A DNA stretch of 62,306 bases, filler included. It is 4 parts of 4 records of this genome, joined end to end, with 100 filler letters (N's around TTAATTAATTAA, not from the genome) between each part and the next. Parts side by side here need not be neighbours in the genome. Positions count along the whole stretch, not along the records: positions 1 to 20,763 come from SRR31156797_8950; 3 more parts are not named here. One strand, 5' to 3'. Each line of letters begins with the position of its first letter. Position 1 is the stretch's first letter. The notes beneath the pieces were generated by a model. The model had not been told where the DNA came from. It was given only the letters and a program-made list of their open reading frames with translations, and did not search any database. The position numbers were made by a program, and so were the translations under genes. Below, piece by piece: positions 8,540 through 18,878 of the stretch.

Positions 8540-9139
8540 ATGAGATATTGGATTTTATTTATATTATTCGTTTTTGTTGGTATAGAAAGTTTTTCACAGC
8601 GATGTGATAATAAAGAATTTTGTGATAAAAGTTTATATGGCGAGTATGATTTTCGCAGCCAATCTAATTATGCACAAGTTTATTCAGGTGATACGGTGCG
8701 CGTTAAGGTCGTAGTATACAGTGGGCAAAGCTATCGAATTTTTACTTGTGCAGAGCGTAAATTGAAAGATGCATTTTTTAGAATAATTTTTCCAGAAAAA
8801 CGATTTAAAAGAGTTATAAAAGAGGTTACTCAAAAAGATGTTCCAATTTATGAGAAGGATAAAAGTGGTAATTTTGTTTTAGATGAAAACGGGAATAAGA
8901 AAATGACAGGTACCATTTTTGCAAATGACACCATTTGGGGGCGTGATTTAGTAACGTCGGAGTCAGTAATTTACGATTCACGAGATGCTGAAGAGAAGTA
9001 TTGGGATGCCGGTATTCATAAGACCCAATTAATTATAATTGAGACAATTATACCTGTTGAATCCAGAAAGCAGCGCGTGGGATGTATTCAAATCATGGTT
9101 GGACGAAAATATGAAACTTCAAACCAATTCAGACGATAA
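8540..9139 (+). CDS. Hypothetical exported protein with four Cys
   Basis: Signal peptide; starts 6 nt after the upstream gene. Confidence 0.7.
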   Translation: MRYWILFILFVFVGIESFSQRCDNKEFCDKSLYGEYDFRSQSNYAQVYSGDTVRVKVVVYSGQSYRIFTCAERKLKDAFFRIIFPEKRFKRVIKEVTQKDVPIYEKDKSGNFVLDENGNKKMTGTIFANDTIWGRDLVTSESVIYDSRDAEEKYWDAGIHKTQLIIIETIIPVESRKQRVGCIQIMVGRKYETSNQFRR

Positions 9140-9273
9140 GTTCCTTGATTATTTTCCTGCTATAATGTCAGTTGTAAGACGTCAAATGTCAATTGAAGAT
9201 GGTTTTACGGGAAAATATGTATTTGGCTTTATAATTGTAATTATCAAACAGCGTAAATGATTTAAAGAAATAT

Positions 9274-9639
9274 ATGCAGAATAAAAACAAACTAAACGAC
9301 ATTGTAAATTGTATTATAGAAGGAATTAAAGAGAAGAAGGGAGAAGAAATTGTAAAAATTGATCTTTCAAATCTTGAACAAGCCGTTACGGACTTTTTTA
9401 TAATTTGTCATGTGCAATCAAACAGGCAAGTTGATGCGATAGCAGATCATGTGGAAAAGTCATTGCGGAATGAATTGCAGGAACATGTGTATCATAAAGA
9501 AGGAGCCGAACAAGCTGATTGGATTTTACTTGACTACACAAATGTTGTTGTACATGTATTTAAAAAAGATATTAGAACATTATATAACCTTGAAGAATTG
9601 TGGGGAGATGGAAAATTAACCCGTATTAGTGACAATTAG
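9274..9639 (+). CDS. rsfS: Ribosome silencing factor
   Basis: EKKG, DFFIIC, WILLDY..VVVHVF, YNLEELWGD. Confidence 0.95.
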   Translation: MQNKNKLNDIVNCIIEGIKEKKGEEIVKIDLSNLEQAVTDFFIICHVQSNRQVDAIADHVEKSLRNELQEHVYHKEGAEQADWILLDYTNVVVHVFKKDIRTLYNLEELWGDGKLTRISDN

Positions 9640-9650
9640 AAAACCTGATT

Positions 9651-11672
9651 ATGAGAAACGAAAAACAAACAAATAAGGATAATAATTCGCCTAAAATACC
9701 TAAGAAACCAAAAATGAATGTGTACTGGATTTATGGTGCCATTGCAATACTGTTTATTGGTATGCAGTTTTTTGGGAGTATGGGAGGAACTCTGAAAGAA
9801 ACTACCTGGAAGGATTTTAAAAACAACATGTTGCTTCCAAAAGATGTAGCAAAAGTTGTTGTTGTCAATAAAGAAAAAGTTGAAGTTTTTATTAAACCTG
9901 ATAAGTTAGGTACAGGAAAATACCAGGATTTTAGTAATGAGGGAATTTCATCTGGACCTCACTATTACTTTACCATTGGATCAGTAGATTATTTCGAACA
10001 GCAAATGGATGAAGCTCAAAAAGATTTTTCCATTGAAGATAAAATTAGTCCTCAATATGAAACTCGAGAAGACCATATCGGAAATCTTTTAAGCTGGTTT
10101 TTGCCAATTATTATTATTGTAGCCATTTGGATTTTTATTATGCGTAGAATGACTGGTGGCGGTGGCGGAGGTGGCCAGATTTTTAATATTGGAAAATCAA
10201 AAGCCAAACTATTTGACAAAGATGGAACTAAAGTAAAGGTAGACTTTTCGAATGTTGCCGGACTAGAAGAAGCCAAAATTGAGGTAAAGGAAATTGTAGA
10301 TTTTCTGAAGAAACCAGATAAATACACAGATTTAGGAGGTAAAATACCAAAAGGTGCATTACTTATTGGACCTCCTGGAACCGGTAAGACGTTATTAGCA
10401 AAAGCTGTAGCAGGAGAAGCAGATGTACCATTTTTCTCAATTTCAGGTTCTGATTTTGTTGAGATGTTTGTTGGTGTAGGTGCTTCACGAGTTCGTGACT
10501 TGTTTAAGCAAGCTAAAGAAAAATCACCATGTATTATTTTTATAGATGAGATTGATGCCATTGGTCGTGCCAGGGGTAAAAATCCTAATATGGGTGCTAA
10601 TGACGAACGTGAAAACACGCTAAATCAGTTGCTCAGTGAAATGGATGGTTTTGATACGAATTCCGGTGTAATTATTCTTGCGGCTACTAACCGTGTGGAT
10701 ATCTTAGATAAAGCACTGTTGCGTGCTGGTCGATTCGATCGTCAAATACATGTTGAACTGCCCGATTTAAAAGAACGTGAAGAAATTTTCAAGGTTCATC
10801 TCAAACCATTAAAGAAAATTGACCCGGATTTAAATCCAGAGTTCTTAGCAAAGCAAACACCAGGTTTTAGTGGTGCTGATATTGCAAATGCTGTTAATGA
10901 AGCAGCACTTATTGCAGCCAGAAAAGACAAGAAAAAAGTTGAAAGACAAGATTTTCTTGATGCAATAGATCGGATAATTGGTGGATTAGAGAAACGAAAT
11001 AAAATTATATCACCGGCAGAAAAGAAAACCATTGCCTTTCATGAAGCCGGCCACGCCACTGTAAGTTGGTTGCTAGAACATGCCAATCCTTTGGTTAAAG
11101 TTACCATTGTACCAAGAGGTCAGGCATTAGGTGCTGCCTGGTATTTACCTGAAGAACGTCAAATTACCACCACAGAACAAATGATGGACGAGTTGTCATC
11201 GCTTATGGGTGGTAGAGCAGCTGAAGAAGTTGTGTTTGGAAAAGTATCAACAGGAGCTTTGAATGACTTAGAAAGAGCTACCAAAAAGGCCTATGCTATG
11301 GTTACATACTTTGGAATGAGTCCGGAAATTGGTAATATTAGTTATTTTGATTCGACAGGGCGAAATGAGTATAGTTTCACAAAGCCATTTAGCGAAGAAA
11401 CCGCGGTTTTAATTGATAAGGAAACAAAGAAAATTGTGGATAATGCTTATCAAACAGCCATTAAAATATTGCGTGAAAATAAGGAGGGACATCACAAACT
11501 TGCTAAACGTTTGCTTGAAAAAGAGGTGATTTTTACGGATGATTTAGTAGAAATTTTTGGAGAACGAAAAGGAGCTCAGGTTGATGTTAAAGGAGTTGAG
11601 GAGCAAGTGGTTGATTTGAATGGCAATGATTCTGAACAAAGTGATACACTCACTGATTCAGGAGATAAATAG
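9651..11672 (+). CDS. ftsH: ATP-dependent zinc metalloprotease FtsH
   Basis: Two TM segments, Walker A GPPGTGKT, Walker B FIDEID, HEAGH zinc motif. Confidence 0.97.
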   Translation: MRNEKQTNKDNNSPKIPKKPKMNVYWIYGAIAILFIGMQFFGSMGGTLKETTWKDFKNNMLLPKDVAKVVVVNKEKVEVFIKPDKLGTGKYQDFSNEGISSGPHYYFTIGSVDYFEQQMDEAQKDFSIEDKISPQYETREDHIGNLLSWFLPIIIIVAIWIFIMRRMTGGGGGGGQIFNIGKSKAKLFDKDGTKVKVDFSNVAGLEEAKIEVKEIVDFLKKPDKYTDLGGKIPKGALLIGPPGTGKTLLAKAVAGEADVPFFSISGSDFVEMFVGVGASRVRDLFKQAKEKSPCIIFIDEIDAIGRARGKNPNMGANDERENTLNQLLSEMDGFDTNSGVIILAATNRVDILDKALLRAGRFDRQIHVELPDLKEREEIFKVHLKPLKKIDPDLNPEFLAKQTPGFSGADIANAVNEAALIAARKDKKKVERQDFLDAIDRIIGGLEKRNKIISPAEKKTIAFHEAGHATVSWLLEHANPLVKVTIVPRGQALGAAWYLPEERQITTTEQMMDELSSLMGGRAAEEVVFGKVSTGALNDLERATKKAYAMVTYFGMSPEIGNISYFDSTGRNEYSFTKPFSEETAVLIDKETKKIVDNAYQTAIKILRENKEGHHKLAKRLLEKEVIFTDDLVEIFGERKGAQVDVKGVEEQVVDLNGNDSEQSDTLTDSGDK

Positions 11673-11679
11673 AACAAAT

Positions 11680-11889
11680 ATGGCTGATAAAGATTGGCAA
11701 ATAGTTTTTAGTACAACACAATCATACCAGGCTTATATAATCAAAGATTTATTGAAAGATAATGATATTGAAGCCGTGGTTATTGATAAACAAGACTCTT
11801 TTTATGTAACTTTGGGTGAAATTGAGGTCTATGTTGAGCCAGATAATGTGATAAAGGCAAAACACCTCATTAAAAAAGCAGATTTTTGA
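11680..11889 (+). CDS. DUF2007-like putative signal-transducing protein
   Basis: MADKDWQIVFST...AYIIKDLLKDNDIEAVVIDKQDS...EIEVYV; ATG at 11680. Confidence 0.75.
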   Translation: MADKDWQIVFSTTQSYQAYIIKDLLKDNDIEAVVIDKQDSFYVTLGEIEVYVEPDNVIKAKHLIKKADF

Positions 11890-12695
11890 AGAACTTAGTT
11901 ACACGTACATTTACCGGAATTTTATTTGTTGTAGCCACTGTACTTTCTATTTTGTGGCATGAAATCACTTTTGCGCTGTTTTTTCTTATTGTGATGGTTC
12001 TTTGTATCATTGAATATCATATTTTGTTGCGCAAAGTGCATGGTAAACCATTGATAGGATGGGAAATTATCTTATCAATTCTACTTTATGTCGGTTCATG
12101 GCTTTATTTTAAAAAGATATTACCTATTTCAGCCATAGGAATTGTAATTCCGGCTTTTTATTTAGTTTTTATTACAGAATTGTATCGCCGTAAAAAAAGG
12201 GTGGTACAAAATTTGGCGATGACTTTTTTACCAGTTATCCATATTGCATTGCCCATGTCACTGTTTTTGGGAATAGCCTATCTAAATGAAAAGTATGACT
12301 ATAAGGTAGTTCTGGCAACGTTAATATTTGTATGGACTTATGATACATTTGCTTATGTATTTGGGTTACTGTTTGGCAGGAATAAAATTGCCCCTAAAAT
12401 TTCTCCTAAAAAATCATGGGAAGGATTAGTTGGAGGTTTTGCTATGTCAGCAGTGGTTGCCCTAATTATTGCAAATTTCTGGTCGGTACTGTCAGTTGAG
12501 ACATGGATAGCAATGAGCCTTATAGTTAGTTTTGGGGCTACATTTGGTGATTTTGTGGAGTCTATGATTAAGCGAGCTGCTGATGTGAAAGATTCCGGAC
12601 ATGTATTGCCTGGACATGGCGGAGTATTTGATCGCTTTGATGGCTTTGTATTTGCTATTCCATTTGTTTTTAGTTTCTTATACTTAATTCATTAG
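11886..12695 (+). CDS. cdsA: Phosphatidate cytidylyltransferase
   Basis: ISPKKSWEG, GDFVESMIKR, KDSG..LPGHGGVFDRFD. Confidence 0.95.
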   Translation: MKNLVTRTFTGILFVVATVLSILWHEITFALFFLIVMVLCIIEYHILLRKVHGKPLIGWEIILSILLYVGSWLYFKKILPISAIGIVIPAFYLVFITELYRRKKRVVQNLAMTFLPVIHIALPMSLFLGIAYLNEKYDYKVVLATLIFVWTYDTFAYVFGLLFGRNKIAPKISPKKSWEGLVGGFAMSAVVALIIANFWSVLSVETWIAMSLIVSFGATFGDFVESMIKRAADVKDSGHVLPGHGGVFDRFDGFVFAIPFVFSFLYLIH

Positions 12696-12697
12696 AA

Positions 12698-13357
12698 ATG
12701 AGAATTCATAAAGCAGGATTTAGGATAATATTGGTTTATCTGTTGATAGTTACATTGGTCCAATTGGGATTGATATTTTTTGTAAAGAATATGTATTTAT
12801 CAATTGGATTTGCTGTGGCATTTTTTCTATTATTGGTATTTATTCTGAGATTTTTTCGGGTTCCTGATCGTAAAGTAATTTGGGAAAAAGGGAAAGTTTT
12901 TTCACCTGCAGATGGTCATATTGTAGCTATAGAAGAAGTTGAAGAGCCGGAATTTCTGAATACTAAATCTATTCAGGTTTCGATATTTATGTCTGTTTGG
13001 AATGTGCATATTAATTGGTTTCCGTTTAATGGCATAATGAAAAAATATGTATATCATCCGGGTAAGTTTTTAATGGCACGCCATCCTAAATCATCTGAGC
13101 TCAATGAAAGAACATCATTACTGATTGAAACAGAAGATGGAAAACCAGTTGTTGTAAGACAAATTGCAGGAATTGTAGCCCGCAGAATAGAAAGTTATGT
13201 GACGGATGATAATACTCAAATTGAAGCAGGCCAGGAGATGGGGTTTATTAAATTTGGCTCTCGCGTTGATTTGTTTTTACCACTTGATGCTGATATAAAA
13301 GTTAAAATTGGACAGAATGTTAAGGGGCAAATTTCAGAAATTGCTCTTTTAGCTTAA
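12698..13357 (+). CDS. psd: Phosphatidylserine decarboxylase proenzyme (short form)
   Basis: FFRVPDR, SPADG, SIFMSVWNVH, GFIKFGSRVD self-cleavage motif. Confidence 0.93.
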   Translation: MRIHKAGFRIILVYLLIVTLVQLGLIFFVKNMYLSIGFAVAFFLLLVFILRFFRVPDRKVIWEKGKVFSPADGHIVAIEEVEEPEFLNTKSIQVSIFMSVWNVHINWFPFNGIMKKYVYHPGKFLMARHPKSSELNERTSLLIETEDGKPVVVRQIAGIVARRIESYVTDDNTQIEAGQEMGFIKFGSRVDLFLPLDADIKVKIGQNVKGQISEIALLA

Positions 13358-13470
13358 TTTGGACTGTTTATGAATGATGAATTTATCGTTATTTTTTTTC
13401 GATTTTCTTCTTTTTTTTAAATAAGGCTTATACTTTTGTACAGACTTTTAGAATTTAAAATTATATAACA

Positions 13471-13638
13471 ATGGCTTACAAAATTACAGAAGATTGCATT
13501 GCATGTGGTAGTTGTATACCAGAATGCCCTGTAGATGCTATTTCAGAAGGTGATATCTATGTTATTGACGCAGATACTTGTACTGATTGTGGTGCTTGTG
13601 CTGATGTATGTCCTACAGAAGCTATCCTTCCTGAATAG
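13471..13638 (+). CDS. 2x[4Fe-4S] ferredoxin, 55 aa (absent from the ORF track)
   Basis: MAYKITEDCIACGSCIPECPVDAISEGDIYVIDADTCTDCGACADVCPTEAILPE; two CxxCxxCxxxCP motifs; TACTTTTG promoter at 13431-13438. Confidence 0.95.
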   Translation: MAYKITEDCIACGSCIPECPVDAISEGDIYVIDADTCTDCGACADVCPTEAILPE

Positions 13639-13658
13639 TCAGTATCAGGATAAAAAAC

Positions 13659-13689
13659 AAGCCGCTGCTTTATTGTAGCGGCTTTTTTT
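13659..13689 (+). terminator. Intrinsic terminator after ferredoxin
   Basis: AAGCCGCTGC-loop-GTAGCGGCTT followed by a T-run. Confidence 0.8.
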
Positions 13690-13796
13690 ATGTAAAATCG
13701 TCAAGTATATCAGCACTTTTATCAAAGAATTCGATCTCCCTGTTTTTGTAACCAATATTTTTTTAATTTTACTGTAAGAACTAAAAATCGAAAATT

Positions 13797-14552
13797 ATGA
13801 AAAAACTTATTTTCTTTATAGCCGTAATGCTTGTTGCTCAAGTATCTTTCACTCAAATATTCTCTTGGGGTATTAAGGGTGGTGTAAACTCTACTAAAAT
13901 TAGCTTTGATGATTTTAGTGTGGGTGATCCGACTGTTACCATTGATCCAGCTGATGTAACTCAACCAGATTTTTTTATTGATGTTGATGGAACTACGGTA
14001 ATTAATCCAGATTATATAACAGTAACTGCCCCAAGAGTAGAGTTTTCTCCTAAATCTTACGAAATGGGTTATCATTTTGGTGCATTTGCGCGTATTAAGG
14101 TGTTAGGTATTTTTATCCAATCGGAGTTGTATTTTTCACAAACTCAAACGCAAATTGACTTTAGTGAAAGGCAAGATTTGGCTGGTAATCTAAAAAAATC
14201 TTCTGCCAATATTAAGTACAATAATTTTGATATTCCAGTTTTGGTTGGTATTAAGTTAGGGCCAGCCCGTTTTAATTTAGGACCTGTTGCCAGTTTCAAA
14301 TTAGATCCTAAAGTTGAAGGAGCTAAAGCAGAGGTGAAAGAAAGCTTAAATTCGTTCTCAAGTGCTACTGAATTGGCCACATTTGGCGGTCAGGTTGGAG
14401 TTGGAATCGATATTCTTAAGAAATTAACCTTGGATGTACGTTATGAATTTCCTTTGAGTAAATTAGGTGATCAGGTAACAATTGGCGATAACTCATTCAA
14501 TACTGATCAACGTCAAACACAAGTTTTAGCTAGTATTGGTTGGATGTTCTAA
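13797..14552 (+). CDS. Outer-membrane beta-barrel (porin family) protein
   Basis: Signal peptide, WGIKGGVN, DIPVLVG, DVRYEF, terminal Phe (IGWMF). Confidence 0.8.
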   Translation: MKKLIFFIAVMLVAQVSFTQIFSWGIKGGVNSTKISFDDFSVGDPTVTIDPADVTQPDFFIDVDGTTVINPDYITVTAPRVEFSPKSYEMGYHFGAFARIKVLGIFIQSELYFSQTQTQIDFSERQDLAGNLKKSSANIKYNNFDIPVLVGIKLGPARFNLGPVASFKLDPKVEGAKAEVKESLNSFSSATELATFGGQVGVGIDILKKLTLDVRYEFPLSKLGDQVTIGDNSFNTDQRQTQVLASIGWMF

Positions 14553-14583
14553 TTTTATAAAGATATTTAATTTAATATAGAAG

Positions 14584-14620
14584 AAGCCCGATGCAATGAA
14601 CTGCATCGGGCTTTGTTTTT
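14584..14620. terminator. Intrinsic terminator between convergent genes
   Basis: AAGCCCGATGCA-loop-TGCATCGGGCTT followed by T-rich sequence. Confidence 0.8.
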
Positions 14621-16414
14621 TTATTGGTCAGCTTTTAATTTATGGAATAGTTTAAATATGGTGTATGTTCCTGCTATGGTTACACCAATAAATATTGTGG
14701 CTTGTGTCCATTCTTTGTAAACTAAACTTCCTATACCGAATAGGGCAGCATATACCGTAATGCTTCCTATAAAAACATTCAATATCTGAATTGGCATAGC
14801 CCATGCTGTTGGGTTGGTTTGATCTGGAAATGCTTTTTTGGCAATTCGTCTCCATCCCGGTCCACCTGGTCTGGTTCTTTGATAGAAATTGATTAACGTT
14901 GATTCTTTTTCGGGTTTAGTAAGTAGAGTAGTAGTAATCCAGACTATTGTAGTAGCCCCAACAGCTATAAGCAATCTTACTGTAAAGGCGTCAAGATATT
15001 TTGTGGTCAAAGTTTGATCATCAATGGCAAAAATCAGGACGATTGCCACTACTGTGGCACTTATCATAGCTACAATTTCTGTTAATGCATTTATTCTCCA
15101 CCAGAACCATCTGAGCAAGTAAATTGCTCCTGAACCAGCTCCACTTAGCAGTAAAATATTAAATGCTTCTTGAGCATTTTCCATAACAGTAAGAGCTATA
15201 AATCCCGAAAATAGCATCAATACAAGGGTTGAAAGCTGTCCAATTTTTACTAATTCCTTTTCGGAAGCTTCAGGTTTAACAATTCGCTTATAAAAGTCAT
15301 TTACAATATAAGATGAGCCCCAATTTAAATGTGTACCAATCGTACTCATGTATGCTGCAATTAAGGAAGCAACTACCAAACCTAGCCATCCGGGACCAAG
15401 TTTGGACATCATTGCGGGATAGGCTATATCATGTTTTAAATATTCAGGAGCAATGTTTCCAAATTCGTTATGGATGGATGTTAAATCCGGATATATAATC
15501 AATGAAGCCAATGCCACAATAATCCATGGCCATGGTCTAATGGCATAATGCATAAAATTAAAAAATAGGGTAGCTCCAATGGCATTTTTTTCATTTTTGG
15601 CTGATAGCATTCGCTGTGCAATATAACCACCACCTCCTGGTTCTGCTCCAGGATACCAAACACTCCACCATTGCACGGCTATCGGAATAATTAGTAATGT
15701 TAGGAGGGTTCCTGTATCACTAAAATCAGGAATAAAACTAAGCTTATCCTGAATGTCCGGGTGAGATAAAAGTCCATCTAACCCACCAATTTCTGGTTGT
15801 TGTAAGGCTACATATGCGGCATAAACAGCACCAAACATAGCAATTGAGTATTGGAAGAAATCAGCCCAGATAACACCTTTTAATCCACCTATTCCTGCAT
15901 ATATTGCAACAGCAATCGATCCAACAACAATAGTTACCCATGGAGCAAGCCCAAACATAACAGCCCCAATTTTAATGGCAGCTAAACTCACACTTGCCAT
16001 AATGAGCACATTGAAAAACAATCCGAGGTAAACAGAACGAAAAACGCGTAAAAATGAAGCGAGTTTGCCGGAATATCTAAGCTCGTAAAATTCAAGGTCG
16101 GTTAATACATTAGACCTGCGCCAAAGTTTAGCATAAATAAATACAGTGACCATTCCGGTAATAAGAAAAGCCCACCATGCCCAGTTTTTGGCTACACCTG
16201 ATGTTCTTACGAAATCAGTGACCAGGTTAGGAGTGTCTGCAGAGAAGGTACAAGCCACCATTGAAACCCCCAACAACCACCATGGCATACCTCTTCCGCC
16301 TAAAAAGAATTCCGAGGTGTTTTTACGTGCTGTTCTGGATGCTGCCCATCCAATTCCAATAACAATTGTAAAAAAAACGGCTAAAATTATCCAATCAAGA
16401 TAGACTAACTGCAT
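14621..16414 (-). CDS. Sodium:solute symporter family protein
   Basis: EFFLGGRGMPWWLLGVSMVA, YIAQRMLSAKNE, AAYMSTIGT; multiple TM helices. Confidence 0.9.
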   Translation of the reverse strand: MQLVYLDWIILAVFFTIVIGIGWAASRTARKNTSEFFLGGRGMPWWLLGVSMVACTFSADTPNLVTDFVRTSGVAKNWAWWAFLITGMVTVFIYAKLWRRSNVLTDLEFYELRYSGKLASFLRVFRSVYLGLFFNVLIMASVSLAAIKIGAVMFGLAPWVTIVVGSIAVAIYAGIGGLKGVIWADFFQYSIAMFGAVYAAYVALQQPEIGGLDGLLSHPDIQDKLSFIPDFSDTGTLLTLLIIPIAVQWWSVWYPGAEPGGGGYIAQRMLSAKNEKNAIGATLFFNFMHYAIRPWPWIIVALASLIIYPDLTSIHNEFGNIAPEYLKHDIAYPAMMSKLGPGWLGLVVASLIAAYMSTIGTHLNWGSSYIVNDFYKRIVKPEASEKELVKIGQLSTLVLMLFSGFIALTVMENAQEAFNILLLSGAGSGAIYLLRWFWWRINALTEIVAMISATVVAIVLIFAIDDQTLTTKYLDAFTVRLLIAVGATTIVWITTTLLTKPEKESTLINFYQRTRPGGPGWRRIAKKAFPDQTNPTAWAMPIQILNVFIGSITVYAALFGIGSLVYKEWTQATIFIGVTIAGTYTIFKLFHKLKADQ

Positions 16415-16425
16415 GTGTTTTCAAT

Positions 16426-16462
16426 AAAAAAGGGCTGTTATCGGTTTGGTGAAACAGCCCTT
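16426..16462 (-). terminator. Intrinsic terminator after the sensor gene
   Basis: AAGGGCTGTT...AACAGCCCTT stem with an A-run on the + side. Confidence 0.7.
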
Positions 16463-16480
16463 GGTTTGTTATTCAATTTT

Positions 16481-18646
16481 TTAACTTTCTTCTCCTCCAA
16501 GTTCTTTGATTTGCATTTTCAAGCTTTCAATTTGAACTCTGGTTTCTTCTTCATAAATTTCTTTTTCTTTATTAATTTCTGAAATACGTGATTCATAATC
16601 ATCTTTTAAGCTTGTGAGCTGCTCCATTGTTTCTTTCAGAAGCTCATTTTGATCTTCAATTTCATGTTGGTAAGCTCTAATAGCACTGTCTTTGCTTCTT
16701 TTATCACTCACATCAAATACTAAAGTTACTACTTTATCATATTCACCATCTGCATTTTTGGTAGGTGTATATGTTTCCTTTAGCCATACTTCTTTCTCCC
16801 CGGCATTGTACTTTATCTCAATTTCATTAGGAATTCCATTTCTTAATCCATCCCAGATTTCATCATAATGATCAAGATCATTTTTATCTTCATTGATCAA
16901 AGTACGATGCTCTTTACCAATTAGTTCCTCTGGTTTTTTCCCAATTAGATCTGCAAATTTATTATTTACAGAAATGATATATCCATTTAGGTCTAAATCA
17001 AAGTTTCCTAAGGTATTATTAATTGCATTAATGGTATCCTGCATTTCAGCTTCACGACGAGTAGATTCTTCTTGTGTAGCCTGCAGTTCTTCCATATTTT
17101 GACGCATTTCTTCTTCTTGAGAAGCTAGTTCTTCGCCTTTATGTCTTGATTCTTCCAGAAGTCGCGCTGTTCTTTGATTGATTCTTACTGAAGAAATCGT
17201 GGAGGCAATATTTTCACCAACTTTTTCAACGAATTCTATGTGATGGTTCTCAAATTCATTGAAAGAAACGATCTCTAGTACTCCAAAGATTTCATTGTTT
17301 AGTTTTAAAGGAGTAATTAATAGTACGTTTGGATTGGCATCACCAAGGCCACTTGTTATTCTTACGTAATCATCAGGTATTTCTTTAAGGTATACGGTTT
17401 GTTTCTCAAAAGCACATCTTCCAATTAATCCTTCTTCCAGTTCAATTTTTCGATCTACCATTTTTTCACGACCATAAGCTACCGCAGCTGTCATTTCAAA
17501 ATACTGATCCTTTTCATCATCTTTATTGCTCAAGATATAGATAGCTCCTTGAATAGCATCAACGTAATTAATTAAATTGTCAACAATGTTGTATGATAGT
17601 TTTTGGATATCATCATTATCTTGTCTGAGTATATCACTAAACTTCGCGATACCTTGTGCACTCCAATTTCTTATTTCGTCTTCTCGTTTCCTTCTGTCTT
17701 CTTCATCAGATGCCTTCTTAAGGTCATCACGCATGTTGAGCAATGAGTTTCCAAGAGTGTCTTCTTCACTTAAGGGTTCGTATTTTGAAGTATAATCTCC
17801 TTTTCCAATAGCTAATGAAAAGTTAGAAGTACGCTTCATCCCATCTATATATTCATTTAGTGCTTTGCTCATATCTCCAATCTCATCATTTGACACCTTC
17901 ATCTCTTCATCAGGCAGCACACCACGGGTCATGATTAACAAGAATTCTTTTAACCGCAGGATAGGACGTATGGTTGATGTTGAAATGAAAAATGCAATAG
18001 ATGCTGCGATAAGCAACATTATTATTCCTGAGAATATGATAAATAACTGAAAAGAATCCAATGAATCAAACATGGCTTTGTTTTTTGATTCACTTTTCTT
18101 TTCCAATGATTGCATTAGTTTTTGAGCTAGCTTTGAGGCCTTATTGGTATTAATAATAGCAATTCCATCGTCCTCAACCATAGGGAATATTTCAAACACA
18201 GCCATTGGGTCATCATAACTTTCAAATGTGCTTAACCGATCCATTATCATTTTATGATTCTCAAATAGTGTATCGTTTACAAAAACTATTAACGTGTCAA
18301 ATTGAGCTTGGTCAGTTTTATCCCAACTTTTGTATATCTCTCTTATATCAGCTACTAACTCAGGAAAATCTTCGTTGTGAAGGTTACGTAACTTGATTTT
18401 ATCTGGAGCATTAGGTTTTTTGTCTATGTATACCCAACTCTTAATTAACATTTTGGAGTCATTAATAAGCTGAGTCATTTCACTCATTTTAGACACCGAG
18501 GGTGCATAAATATTTGAGACTTCTTCGTTAAGTTTCTTATTGTTTTGTAAAGTAATGTATGTGAGCACACTACTGATAATAAGTGTAATAATAATAAGTC
18601 CAAAACCAAGAATTAGACGGTTTGCTATAGTGAACCTGTACTTCAT
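16481..18646 (-). CDS. Membrane sensor: periplasmic domain, HAMP, GAF, coiled coil and PAS; no output domain seen
   Basis: Two TMs, DEIGDM HAMP, GLIGRCAFEK/PLKLNNEIFGVLEI GAF, EEMRQNMEELQATQEE, PAS (N..FADLIG..PEELIG, WLKETYTP). Confidence 0.8.
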   Translation of the reverse strand: MKYRFTIANRLILGFGLIIITLIISSVLTYITLQNNKKLNEEVSNIYAPSVSKMSEMTQLINDSKMLIKSWVYIDKKPNAPDKIKLRNLHNEDFPELVADIREIYKSWDKTDQAQFDTLIVFVNDTLFENHKMIMDRLSTFESYDDPMAVFEIFPMVEDDGIAIINTNKASKLAQKLMQSLEKKSESKNKAMFDSLDSFQLFIIFSGIIMLLIAASIAFFISTSTIRPILRLKEFLLIMTRGVLPDEEMKVSNDEIGDMSKALNEYIDGMKRTSNFSLAIGKGDYTSKYEPLSEEDTLGNSLLNMRDDLKKASDEEDRRKREDEIRNWSAQGIAKFSDILRQDNDDIQKLSYNIVDNLINYVDAIQGAIYILSNKDDEKDQYFEMTAAVAYGREKMVDRKIELEEGLIGRCAFEKQTVYLKEIPDDYVRITSGLGDANPNVLLITPLKLNNEIFGVLEIVSFNEFENHHIEFVEKVGENIASTISSVRINQRTARLLEESRHKGEELASQEEEMRQNMEELQATQEESTRREAEMQDTINAINNTLGNFDLDLNGYIISVNNKFADLIGKKPEELIGKEHRTLINEDKNDLDHYDEIWDGLRNGIPNEIEIKYNAGEKEVWLKETYTPTKNADGEYDKVVTLVFDVSDKRSKDSAIRAYQHEIEDQNELLKETMEQLTSLKDDYESRISEINKEKEIYEEETRVQIESLKMQIKELGGEES

Positions 18647-18878
18647 ACTCCAGAGTTTAATTTATGCTAAACTTTATGCAATAAAACTAATTAACAGAAT
18701 TTGATAAACCTAAAATTAGGCAATTTTTTTCTTACAGCATACAAATTTAACCCAAATCCTCCATTTCAAAAATATTATTAATTTACTAAGTGTTGTTAAT
18801 AGAACTGTTGATATAATTTTCAAATTCATTCTTGAGATGAAAAAGAAATTATGTATGTTCGTTAAAAAATAGGATACA

